A DNA stretch of 64,000 bases from Candidatus Latescibacterota bacterium (GTDB lineage Bacteria; Latescibacterota; UBA2968; GCA-2709665), in the NCBI GenBank assembly GCA_965237675.1, contig OZ250150.1, forward strand, positions 4,416,001 through 4,480,000, given 5' to 3'. Shown here one piece after another: positions 51,167 to 60,554 of this stretch (the first letter of the stretch is position 1; each line of letters begins with the position of its first letter). Below the pieces are notes generated by a model, which was not told where the DNA came from, did not search any database, and saw only the letters and a program-made list of their open reading frames with translations. The position numbers were made by a program, and so were the translations under genes.

Positions 51167-51646
51167 TCAGCGCATATCGCGATCGATCAGGAACAGCCCG
51201 TAACGATCATCACCCACAAGCTCCAGCTTTTTTACAATGGAGCGAAGCCGCGCCTCCTCCTCCACCTGCTCGTTGACGAACCACTGCAAAAACGTGTTGG
51301 TCGCATGGGCGCGGTTCCTCATTGCCAGATCGACCAGATTGTCGATCCGTCCGCTGGCTTCCTGTTCCCGCCGATACGCCTCCGAAATCGCGTCCAGAGG
51401 AGAACCCCAATCCGCCGGGGGCTCTGGAATTGATTTGAACCCGACCGGCGCCTCCCGCTCGTGCAGGAATTCGCAGATCTTCATTGCATGCGTCATCTCG
51501 TGCTGGGCCTGCTTCCCCATCCACCTGGCAAATCCGTTCAGATTGATCGATTTGAAATACGAGGACATCGCCAGGTAGGTATACGAGGCGAGGAATTCAC
51601 TGTTGACCTGCTCGTTCAGCGCCGATTGAATCTCCTTGCTAAACAT
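51167..51646 (-). CDS. ftnA: Non-heme ferritin
   Basis: LNEQVNSE..ASY.YLAMS, E..HA.K, FLQWFVNEQVEEE; AGGAGG RBS. Confidence 0.92.
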   Translation of the reverse strand: MFSKEIQSALNEQVNSEFLASYTYLAMSSYFKSINLNGFARWMGKQAQHEMTHAMKICEFLHEREAPVGFKSIPEPPADWGSPLDAISEAYRREQEASGRIDNLVDLAMRNRAHATNTFLQWFVNEQVEEEARLRSIVKKLELVGDDRYGLFLIDRDMR

Positions 51647-51845
51647 CAACGCCTCCTGTGGTTTATCCGGACGAAGACATCGCCGGCCATCCGCAACCGA
51701 CGGAACCGGACGCCAACTGAACCCACAAGTGCAACCGTCTGGCCCCGCAGACGAGACATTCACACCCCGTTGTGTCCGGGATCGACGCGGACCCCAACCC
51801 TATCGGAACGTCGACCCGGCATGCAATCCACAACGGCCGTGAGGC

Positions 51846-52199
51846 CTATTGGGGCGGTTGGATCTTGCAGCAACCCGGTAGACCTGCGTAGGCCGCACTG
51901 TCCGCGGGGGCCTGATTCGCCTGATAACCCGCCTGGGCAATCGCCTGTTCCAACTTCATGGTGTCGGTGCGCTTCGCATCGTAGGTCACGTTGACAACCT
52001 TGATATCCATATCAACGTCTACCTCTTCCACGCCATCCACTTTCTTCAAGGCCTTTTCAATCTTATTTGCGCACACCATGCACTGCGCAGTGGGCACGTT
52101 GATTTTCGCCGTGCGGGTTTCCGCCGTGGAACAGGCTGTGACGGCGAGAAAGCAGAACGCGAGCACGTTGGAAAGCAGGACAGAATCGGTCTTGCGCAT
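51846..52199 (-). CDS. Heavy-metal-associated (HMA) periplasmic lipoprotein
   Basis: Lipobox VTAC, CMVC metal motif, AGY, terminal LPGCCK. Confidence 0.88.
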   Translation of the reverse strand: MRKTDSVLLSNVLAFCFLAVTACSTAETRTAKINVPTAQCMVCANKIEKALKKVDGVEEVDVDMDIKVVNVTYDAKRTDTMKLEQAIAQAGYQANQAPADSAAYAGLPGCCKIQPPQ

Positions 52200-52290
52200 G
52201 GATCAATCTCCTCTGACGAAAGGGAAAATCCGACACTTTCCCGGAACCTGACTCTGGTAACTTCGAATATATGACAACACCTGCCATTAA

Positions 52291-55200
52291 TCAACCCTCA
52301 TCCTTCAACGATCGTCCCTTCCACAACGCGTAAACCACGGGAATCACGATCAGCGTCAGAAGCGCGGACGAAGCGACGCCGCCGACCATCGGCGCCGCAA
52401 TACGCTTCATCGTCTGGGACCCGATCCCGTGCCCCCACATAATTGGCAACAAACCCAGAAATGTCGTCAGCACGGTCATCATTTTCGGCCTGACGCGTTC
52501 CACCGCACCGGCAACAACCGCTCTCCTGAGGTCCGAGGCGTTCATTTCCTCTCCCCGCGCCTTGCGAATGCGATCGTACGCGTGATCAAGGTAGACCAGC
52601 ATGACCACACCGGTCTCGGCCGCAAGACCGCCGAGCGCGATGAATCCGACCCCCACCGCCACGCTCATGTTGTAATTCAGCAGATACATCAACCAGATGC
52701 CGCCCACCATGGCAAAGGGGAGGGACAGCATCACGATGAGACTCTCCGATATGTTTCCAAAGTTGAGATACAAGAGCAGGAGAATGATGCCGAGGGTAAG
52801 CGGCACGACCAGCTTCAACCGCTTCTCCGCCCGCTGCATATACTCGTATTGTCCGCTCCAGATCACCGAATAGCCAGGTGGCATGGGCACCCTCTCCAGC
52901 ACCGCCTGCTGCGCGCGTTTCACATAGGTTCCCACGTCGATGTCGTGGATGTCCACATACACCCATGCGTTCAGCCGCGCATTCTCGCTCTTGATGCCCG
53001 GAGGACCCTTTCGGAAACGGATATCGGCAAGTTGCCCGATCGGTATCTGGGCGCCGGTGGGCGTTGGCACCAGCACGCGCCGCAGCGCAGGCAGGTTGTC
53101 CCGCAGTTCTCTATCGTAACGCAGATTGACCGGGTAGCGTTCCAGTCCCTCCACGGTCGTCGTGATATTCATCCCGCCCAATGCAAACATAATGACGTCC
53201 TGGACGTCGCCAACGGTGAGCCCGTAACGCGCGATCTCCTCGCGGTCGATCTCGAAATCCAGATAGTTTCCGCCCGCCACCCGTTCGGCAAACACGCTCA
53301 GGGTACCCGGCAGATCACGAATCACTTTCTCGATCTGTTCACCGAGGCGCTGCAACACCATCAGATCCTCACCCGCGATCTTGATGCCCACCGGCGTCTT
53401 GATTCCGGTTGACAGCATATCGATTCGCGTCTTGATCGGCATTGTCCACGAATTGGTCAGACCGGGGAACTGAATCGCCCGGTTCAGCCGTTCGATCAAC
53501 CTTTCAGGCGTCATTCCCGGGCGCCACTCACTCTCCGGCTTCAGCGTTATCGTGGTCTCGATCATCGCGAGGGGCGCCGGATCCGTTGCGGTCTCGGCCC
53601 GCCCGATCTTGCCGAATACGTCCTGGACCTCGGGAAACGCCTTGATGATCTTATCCGTCTGCTGAAGCAATTCGCGAGCCTTGGTCACTGAGATTCCCGG
53701 CAGGGTGGTGGGCATGTAGAGAAGGTCACCTTCATAGAGAGGCGGCATGAACTCGGAACCGATCTTATCCAACGGGAACAGGCGGTCCAGCCTTACAAGC
53801 GCCCGATACGCAAGGCTGCGCGGCGCTTCCGAGAACCGATCGAGCACCATGCTCCGGAACGGAAACAGCGAAAGAAACAGAATGGCACCCGCCATTACAA
53901 GCGTCGCCGCCCTGTGCCTCAACACCCACGCAATCACCGGACGATAGATCCAGATGAAGAACCTGCTGCTGGGATTCCGTGCCTCCGGCCGGATTTTTCC
54001 GCGCACAAAAACACTCACCAGCACCGGAACCATCGTGATGGCCAGCAACGCGGCGGCAACCATCGCATATGTCTTGGTATAGGCCAGCGGTTTGAACATC
54101 CGGCCCTCCTGCGCCTGCAGGGTAAACACGGGAAGGAAGGAAACCGCAATCATCAGAAGCGAGTAAAACAACGCGGGCCCGATCTCTTTCGAGGCATCCA
54201 CAATGATCTCCAGATGCCGCTTCCGTCCGTTGTTCTGTTCCAGATGTTTGTGCGCATTCTCGATCATCACGATCGACGCATCGACCATCGCGCCGATGGC
54301 GACCGCGATCCCCCCCAGCGACATGATATTGGAATTCATACCCTGTGTGTACATGACGCCGAATGAGATCAGCACCCCGATCGACAGGGCAAAAACCGCG
54401 ACAAATGCGCTGCGAAAATGCAACAGGAACACGACGCAGACAAGCGCCACCACCGCCATTTCCTCGATCAGCTTGGTTCGCAGATTGCCGACGGCGCGGC
54501 GTATCAGCGCGGACCGATCGTAGGCCGGCTTTATCGAAACGCCTTCGGGCAAACCGGGTTTGAGCGATTCGATTTTCACCTTGACCCGGTCGATCACGGC
54601 CAGCGCGTTTTCGCCGTAGCGCATGACGACAATCCCGCCCACGACCTCACCTTCGCCGTTCCATTCAGCCAGGCCGCGACGCAACTCCGGACCTATGCCG
54701 ACGGTGGCGACATCTCGGACCCGGATCGGCGTGCCCCGGGCATCGACCCCCACCGCGATATTTCGGATATCCTCCAGCGATCGAATATAACCCAGCCCAC
54801 GTACCATAAACTCGGTTTCCCCGAATTCCAGGGTTCGCCCACCCACGTCGTTGTTGCTCCGGCGGATTGCCTGTTGGATCCTCTGCAACGGGATATTGTA
54901 TGCCAGCAGCCGGTTCGGATCTACCGTTACCTGATACTGCTTCACATAACCCCCAACGGCGGCGACCTCCGCCACGCCCGGTACGCTGCTGAGTTCGTAA
55001 CGCAGGTACCAGTCCTGGATGGATCGCAGTTCCGAAAGATCACGGCGCCCGGTGCTGTCAACCAGAACGTATTCGTACACCCATCCGACCCCCGTCGCAT
55101 CCGGCCCGAGCCGCGGCGCGACCCCCCGCGGCAACCGATTCGACACGGTGTTCAGCGCTTCCAGAACCCGGCTCCTGGCCCAGTACATATCCGTGCCATC

Positions 55201-55494
55201 CTCGAATATCACATAAACGAACGACAGCCCGAAGAAGGAAAATCCTCGCACGACCTTCGCGTGGGGTACCGCCAGCATCGCCGAGGTGAGCGGGTAGGTT
55301 ACCTGATCCTCCACCACACGCGGCGCCTGCCCCGGATATTCGGTCAGTACGATCACCTGCACGTCCGACAGATCCGGGATCGCATCGAGGGGCGTGTTAA
55401 ACATCGCGTAGACGCCCCAGGCGATCGCGAACACGGTGGCCAGCGCGATCACAACACGGTTTCGAAGACTGAGTTCAATGATTCGACCGATCAT
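52291..55494 (-). CDS. cusA: Cu/Ag efflux RND permease
   Basis: PLDAIPDLSDVQVI, YWARSRVLE, GPDATGVGW, GSEFMP, MPIKTRIDML, RPKMMT. Confidence 0.93.
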   Translation of the reverse strand: MIGRIIELSLRNRVVIALATVFAIAWGVYAMFNTPLDAIPDLSDVQVIVLTEYPGQAPRVVEDQVTYPLTSAMLAVPHAKVVRGFSFFGLSFVYVIFEDGTDMYWARSRVLEALNTVSNRLPRGVAPRLGPDATGVGWVYEYVLVDSTGRRDLSELRSIQDWYLRYELSSVPGVAEVAAVGGYVKQYQVTVDPNRLLAYNIPLQRIQQAIRRSNNDVGGRTLEFGETEFMVRGLGYIRSLEDIRNIAVGVDARGTPIRVRDVATVGIGPELRRGLAEWNGEGEVVGGIVVMRYGENALAVIDRVKVKIESLKPGLPEGVSIKPAYDRSALIRRAVGNLRTKLIEEMAVVALVCVVFLLHFRSAFVAVFALSIGVLISFGVMYTQGMNSNIMSLGGIAVAIGAMVDASIVMIENAHKHLEQNNGRKRHLEIIVDASKEIGPALFYSLLMIAVSFLPVFTLQAQEGRMFKPLAYTKTYAMVAAALLAITMVPVLVSVFVRGKIRPEARNPSSRFFIWIYRPVIAWVLRHRAATLVMAGAILFLSLFPFRSMVLDRFSEAPRSLAYRALVRLDRLFPLDKIGSEFMPPLYEGDLLYMPTTLPGISVTKARELLQQTDKIIKAFPEVQDVFGKIGRAETATDPAPLAMIETTITLKPESEWRPGMTPERLIERLNRAIQFPGLTNSWTMPIKTRIDMLSTGIKTPVGIKIAGEDLMVLQRLGEQIEKVIRDLPGTLSVFAERVAGGNYLDFEIDREEIARYGLTVGDVQDVIMFALGGMNITTTVEGLERYPVNLRYDRELRDNLPALRRVLVPTPTGAQIPIGQLADIRFRKGPPGIKSENARLNAWVYVDIHDIDVGTYVKRAQQAVLERVPMPPGYSVIWSGQYEYMQRAEKRLKLVVPLTLGIILLLLYLNFGNISESLIVMLSLPFAMVGGIWLMYLLNYNMSVAVGVGFIALGGLAAETGVVMLVYLDHAYDRIRKARGEEMNASDLRRAVVAGAVERVRPKMMTVLTTFLGLLPIMWGHGIGSQTMKRIAAPMVGGVASSALLTLIVIPVVYALWKGRSLKDEG

Positions 55495-55582
55495 TCCACG
55501 AACCCTTGCTTGACATTCAGGATTGAAAATGTGAAAGAAACGCCTCTGTTCGGCTCAGGACAATTTGAACCCATCTCCTGTC

Positions 55583-56866
55583 TTAATGCCGATGTCCCTT
55601 ACGCTCCGACTCTCCCTGGTGCCCGCCCATGGTCGCCAGCGCCGCCTGCAGATTGCTCTCCGAGTCGATCAGAAACTGTGACGAAATGACGATTCGCTCG
55701 TCTCCGCGCAGCCCCGCGGTTACCTCGTAGACATCGCCCGTTTCGACCCCCAGCGTCACCTCACGCGGCGCGAAACGGCCCTCGCCCAGATCCAGGATCA
55801 CCACGTTTCGTTCGCCGGATCGGATCACCGCCTGCGCCGGAACCACCACGGCCTTCTTCGCAACCTCTGACCGGATCCTCACGGTGGCGAACATCTCGGG
55901 CTTCAGTTCCAGATCCGGGTTGTCGAATATCATCCGTACTTTCGCAGTGCGAGTCTTCGGTTCCAGGAACGGGTAGATGTAGGACACCACCCCTTCGAAC
56001 ACGCGCCCGGGCGCGTACGAAAGCACAACCTCGACCGCCTGCCCCTTCCTGATCCATGGCAACTCGTATTCGTAGATATCCGCATAAACCCATACCCGGG
56101 AAAGATCGACAATACGATAGAGATGCTCGCCGGCTTTGATATATGAGCCGTCGTAGACGGCTCGATGCACCACCACGCCCTCCTGGGGGGAATGGATCGT
56201 CATCGTTCGCTTTGTCTGGCGTGTCGCTTCCAATTCGACGATCTGCGTTTCCGTGATGTCCCAGTAGAGCAATCGCTGCCTGGCCGCACCGAGCAGTGCC
56301 CCGGCTCCCTTCAATGCTTCCGGCGAAGCGTTCTCCTCGAGGCGCCCGGCATAATCCAGCGCCGTCAGATACTCCTCCTGCGCGGCTACCAGTTCGGGAC
56401 TATAGATCTGCAGCAATGGCTGGCCCTTTTTCACCGCCTGTCCCGTGAAATCCACAAACAAGCCCTCCACCCAGCCGGTCACCTTCGTGTTCACGTCCGT
56501 CATCCGGGTCTCGTCGTAATCCACGCGTCCGAGGGCACGCACGGTCCGGCTCAACCCCCGCCGTTCCACCCGTGCGGTCCTCACTCCCATATTCTGAACC
56601 GTTGCCGGATTTATCCGGACCTCGGCAACCTCCGCTCCGTGGCCGCCTTCGTGCCCCGACCCTCCCGGCTGATCCGGTACCAGGTCCATTCCACAGACCG
56701 GGCAGCTTCCGGGCCTATTCGACACGACCGTGGGATGCATCGGGCACCGGTATACAGCCGTTTCCGTTTCCTTGGATTCTGAGCCGTCATCTCCACCCAG
56801 CCATATCCCAACCACAAATCCAACGCCCAGGGCGAGAATCACCGCAGCAATTGTCTTCGGATACAT
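55583..56866 (-). CDS. cusB: Efflux RND periplasmic adaptor with heavy-metal-binding domain
   Basis: YRCPMHP....PGSCPVCGMDL, YSPEL..AQEEY, LKPEMFA, FLIDSES. Confidence 0.88.
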   Translation of the reverse strand: MYPKTIAAVILALGVGFVVGIWLGGDDGSESKETETAVYRCPMHPTVVSNRPGSCPVCGMDLVPDQPGGSGHEGGHGAEVAEVRINPATVQNMGVRTARVERRGLSRTVRALGRVDYDETRMTDVNTKVTGWVEGLFVDFTGQAVKKGQPLLQIYSPELVAAQEEYLTALDYAGRLEENASPEALKGAGALLGAARQRLLYWDITETQIVELEATRQTKRTMTIHSPQEGVVVHRAVYDGSYIKAGEHLYRIVDLSRVWVYADIYEYELPWIRKGQAVEVVLSYAPGRVFEGVVSYIYPFLEPKTRTAKVRMIFDNPDLELKPEMFATVRIRSEVAKKAVVVPAQAVIRSGERNVVILDLGEGRFAPREVTLGVETGDVYEVTAGLRGDERIVISSQFLIDSESNLQAALATMGGHQGESERKGHRH

Positions 56867-56884
56867 AAACCGACCTTTCTTTCT

Positions 56885-58195
56885 TCACCGTGCGTGCGGT
56901 CGTCGGAAGCACGCACGATATCCAGACGGGATCAAGAACAGGCGTTTGCCCACAACCGCTTCGAGTTCCGCCAGCTTTTTCTCGCGTTGAATGACGTGCC
57001 GGTAGTATTCAATCTCAAAATTGAAGAGTGAAACCTGGTTATTCAACAGGGTCAGAAAGTCCACTTTGTCCACCTGGTATCCGGTCATTGCGGATTCCAG
57101 CGACTGCTGCGCCTGAGGCAGAATGGCGGTGCGAAACAGCTCGGCCTCCCTCCAATGCTGTTCGATTTCCAGGTAGATCTCCTCCACCCTGAACAGAATC
57201 TCCCGGCTTGCATCCTCTTTTTGCGCCTGGCCCATTCGTACCTGAGCCCGCGCCTCGGCAACCTGGGAATCCCTTTTCCTTCCGTTGAAGATCGGGAGGT
57301 TCAGGCCCACGCCGAACGACAGAAAATCACTGCCCTCTACCGGATCCGATCCGACGGGAGCACGCTGCCGATATCCGAGAAGGAACGTCAGGTGTGGCCG
57401 GCCAGCCCGTCGCGCGGCCTGTTCGGCTGCCGTCCACCTGGAAATGGTCTGGTCGATTTCTTTCAGCAGCGGGCGATGGGCCATGGCATGCCGTCTTATT
57501 TCTTCCAACGACAGATCCAGAGACTCTGGCCTCACTTCATCGGGTGTGTCCACGGTCGTCCGCAGGGGTCTATTGATCACCCGGTTGAGCCGTATCTGCG
57601 CCAGCCGGCGCTCCGTCTTCAGCCTGATCAACCGATCCTTCAACGCCGAAAGCGATACATGCGCCTTCAAAACATCCTGCTGCAGACCTCGGCCCACCAC
57701 GTACTTAGTCTGGGCAATGCGGATCAGATCCTGGAGCAAGGCCCGGTTCTTTCCCGTCACTTCAATTGCCCGGTCAAGGAATGCCAGCGCATAGTATCCC
57801 TGTTTCACAAGATTGACGATCGCGCCCTCCCTGTCCGAGAGAACCTCCCTGGCCGCCCCGGCAGCGTATTCCGCCGCCTGTTCCCTGGCGTTGAGCAGGC
57901 CTGGAAGGGGAATCCGCTGGCTTACCGTCAACTGCTTCCCGGACATCGGCGTACTGTCGAAATCGAGGTGACTGGTCGGTACGTTCATCAGATCCAGACG
58001 CAGCATTGGATCTTCCAGCGCGCCCGCCTGAGGCACCCTGGCTTCAAATGCCGCCAATCGGTGTTCCAGGACCTTCAACCCGGTATTCCTGGTCAGTGCG
58101 GAATCAATCAGCCCTTCCAGGTCCGGCGCCCCGGCACCGGCGATATGGGGCGCCTGCGCCAGACACACGCCAATGAATATCAGGAATCGCTTCAT
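56885..58195 (-). CDS. TolC family outer-membrane efflux protein
   Basis: Signal peptide, L.DPML, SQRIP.PG, QQDVLKA, LNLPIF, YQVDKVDFLTLL. Confidence 0.88.
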   Translation of the reverse strand: MKRFLIFIGVCLAQAPHIAGAGAPDLEGLIDSALTRNTGLKVLEHRLAAFEARVPQAGALEDPMLRLDLMNVPTSHLDFDSTPMSGKQLTVSQRIPLPGLLNAREQAAEYAAGAAREVLSDREGAIVNLVKQGYYALAFLDRAIEVTGKNRALLQDLIRIAQTKYVVGRGLQQDVLKAHVSLSALKDRLIRLKTERRLAQIRLNRVINRPLRTTVDTPDEVRPESLDLSLEEIRRHAMAHRPLLKEIDQTISRWTAAEQAARRAGRPHLTFLLGYRQRAPVGSDPVEGSDFLSFGVGLNLPIFNGRKRDSQVAEARAQVRMGQAQKEDASREILFRVEEIYLEIEQHWREAELFRTAILPQAQQSLESAMTGYQVDKVDFLTLLNNQVSLFNFEIEYYRHVIQREKKLAELEAVVGKRLFLIPSGYRACFRRPHAR

Positions 58196-58355
58196 GGCAG
58201 GTCACCTCCCTGACTGGAAAACATGGAAACGCAAAACACAGAGTCGCACACTCATGGCGAAGCCAAGGGATTCGCCGCGTGCGATTGAGGTTCGAACCAA
58301 CAACAAAACGGGGAAAAATCGAAAATGCCGCGGGAGACGCGGACAAGGCGGGAAA

Positions 58356-58718
58356 TCAGATCAGAAACGACGTCTTCATCAGATACAGCGCGGGAAATAT
58401 ATGGGCCGGTACGGATTGAGACCCGTGCTCGCGGCCCAGACGCGAAGAGAGAACCTCCTGGGAGCGGGCCAATTGCGTCGCCGCCTGGGAATCGGGACCC
58501 GAAACCCTGGGACTCGTGGCCGCCATGACCGGAGGAAGGACGGGAGAGACGTCGGTTACCCTGCTGTCCTTCTCGGCGCAACAGCAGTCCGTAGTGGCCG
58601 TCTGTACGTGGCAGACATCAACCTGAACGGACATCCCGCACAGGCATTGGATGGCAGAAAGAACAAAGCCGACGGCCAGACATGTGATGGAGAGTGCGCG
58701 AATCACGACATGCCTCAC
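58356..58718 (-). CDS. Small Cys-rich exported/leader protein upstream of the cus operon
   Basis: GAGG RBS; hydrophobic N-terminus, CLC..CH..CCC, C-terminal PALYLMKTSFLI. Confidence 0.5.
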   Translation of the reverse strand: MRHVVIRALSITCLAVGFVLSAIQCLCGMSVQVDVCHVQTATTDCCCAEKDSRVTDVSPVLPPVMAATSPRVSGPDSQAATQLARSQEVLSSRLGREHGSQSVPAHIFPALYLMKTSFLI

Positions 58719-58956
58719 ACATAAGGTTGGTCTGTCAGAATTAACGGTACTTTATATACGTCTGTCAAGCCCAGTTGTTCAAAAAAAGCCCGGTCCAGCG
58801 TGAAATCGGCCGGCGGCGAGCCCCCGTACCCGCGGCCTGCCCGGATACGTCGAAACACACAGGGGCGCGAATGCGTGGAATCCACAATCCTCCCGATGGC
58901 CGCCAATTCGCCGGCCCGGGGGATGCGGCACGGGGTTTGAAAACGGGGCTGAGGCC

Positions 58957-60156
58957 TCACCCGGCCCGCTGGAAGGGCTTCCAGGCTTCGCCGGCCGCTG
59001 CGGCCTGACGCTCCAACCCGCTACGCCAGCCCACCACGTCCCCGGCCTTGATTCTCCGGACGTCATAGGAGGCGTACCGGTCTTCGAGCGTATCGCCGAG
59101 CTTTTGCGTTTCGGCCCATCGGTCCCACGCCGTTTTCATCCACTCGCAGGGCAAAGCGTCTCGCGCCTCCGGATCGAGTTGCCACGCGCTTCGCGCGTCG
59201 GCCACTGCCGGCTCATCCGTGAACGGCCCGGACCACCTGGACCAGCCGATGGATAGTGTGTTTCGCTCACGTTCGGGGACGGTGTGACCCGTGTGAATGG
59301 TCGTGCCGTTGCGAATGAGGGCTTCGCCCGCCCTGAGTCGGATCGCAACCTGGTCCGGCAACGGATCCGTGCCGTTCCAACTGGGTGTGTAGGGAACACC
59401 CTGGTCTTTCATCGCCTTGGGAAGGAGCACGTCGTGTTCGAGCGGCGTGCGCCATCGATCGTGGCTGCCAGGGATGAGTTCGTGACATTCATCGTCGACC
59501 AGCGCCAGGAACATGCTCACGCCCTTTCGATCCGATATCGTTTTTGCGTTGTTCGCGCGAATCTCCTCCCAGCGTTTCCGCTCAACCTCCTCCGTGTATG
59601 CTTCGGGTCCCTCGCCGCGGATCTCGCGTTGGGAGAAGTAGGGCTTCCCGGTACCCCACCACGTGACGTCCCGGTGCCATCCGAGGGCGTTTTCCGCCTG
59701 GCGGGGGTTGCACCACAAAAGCAAGCCGCTAAACGTCAGATCCTCGGGTAGGAGCCCATCGCACCACGATTGGACAAAGTCCAGGAAATCGGTAGAGCCG
59801 TGAAACTCCGCGAAACACGGCTCATCGAAGGCGGGATGTACCAAACCGCGAATCGCCCACGGCTCGTCCGCACCGGTCCGGTGGACGTATCCACGGGAGC
59901 AGTCGATCTTGCCATAGCCGTTGGATGGCGCGCACGCCTCCGTAACCCGGCGCCCCGCTTTGCGGAGGACCGGGATCCAGGGATTGTCGACGAAGTCGTT
60001 GATGATGACGAATCCGTGCTCCTTCAGGTGTGCAAGGCGCTCGGGCGTGGCCCCCGGCGCCGACAACTCCGGCATGGCGTCGGCGAAGGCAGACGCCCTG
60101 TAGGACGTTTCCGACGCACCAGCCGCGCTCGTGGAGGACGATTGGTCGGGCTTCAT
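58957..60156 (-). CDS. Phytanoyl-CoA dioxygenase (PhyH) family protein
   Basis: LKEHGFVII, WHRD, IPGSH, LRAGE...TIH.G; AAGGAG RBS. Confidence 0.85.
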   Translation of the reverse strand: MKPDQSSSTSAAGASETSYRASAFADAMPELSAPGATPERLAHLKEHGFVIINDFVDNPWIPVLRKAGRRVTEACAPSNGYGKIDCSRGYVHRTGADEPWAIRGLVHPAFDEPCFAEFHGSTDFLDFVQSWCDGLLPEDLTFSGLLLWCNPRQAENALGWHRDVTWWGTGKPYFSQREIRGEGPEAYTEEVERKRWEEIRANNAKTISDRKGVSMFLALVDDECHELIPGSHDRWRTPLEHDVLLPKAMKDQGVPYTPSWNGTDPLPDQVAIRLRAGEALIRNGTTIHTGHTVPERERNTLSIGWSRWSGPFTDEPAVADARSAWQLDPEARDALPCEWMKTAWDRWAETQKLGDTLEDRYASYDVRRIKAGDVVGWRSGLERQAAAAGEAWKPFQRAG

Positions 60157-60168
60157 TTGAACTCCTTT

Positions 60169-60222
60169 CAGGATCAGGATTTGGACCAGGATTTTCAGGA
60201 TTTAGACCAGGATGTACAGGAT
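60169..60222. repeat. Array of six CAGGAT motifs (21-bp higher-order period)
   Basis: CAGGAT at 60169, 60175, 60187, 60196, 60208 and 60217. Confidence 0.8.
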
Positions 60223-60554
60223 TAAAACCTGTTATTCACTGTCATTCTTCCGTCCTTGCAATCCTTATACAATTATACGGTATGTACCCGACCGGATTTT
60301 GTCAATAGCAATATCCGCAGTACTTCCCCGGGTGGAACTGAAAAACAGAATACGAAATCCGGGCAACGGTTTACAAAATTCTCGACCATCCGGTGAATTG
60401 TCCGTATATTTGAGTTTTCATGCCGGTGCATCCGGCGAATACGACACCGGTGCGCCTTCACCCCCGCCGCCAGGTTCCGTACCTGGCCACAATCGTGTCC
60501 CGCGGGGTTGACGAATCCGGAATTCCACGGAGCCCATCCACCGGGGAAGCAGGT

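Noticed and set aside
58731-58768. MerR/CueR or CusR operator at the cus promoter
   Set aside because: Only a TCTGTCA direct repeat 30 bp apart; no convincing dyad between -35 and -10.
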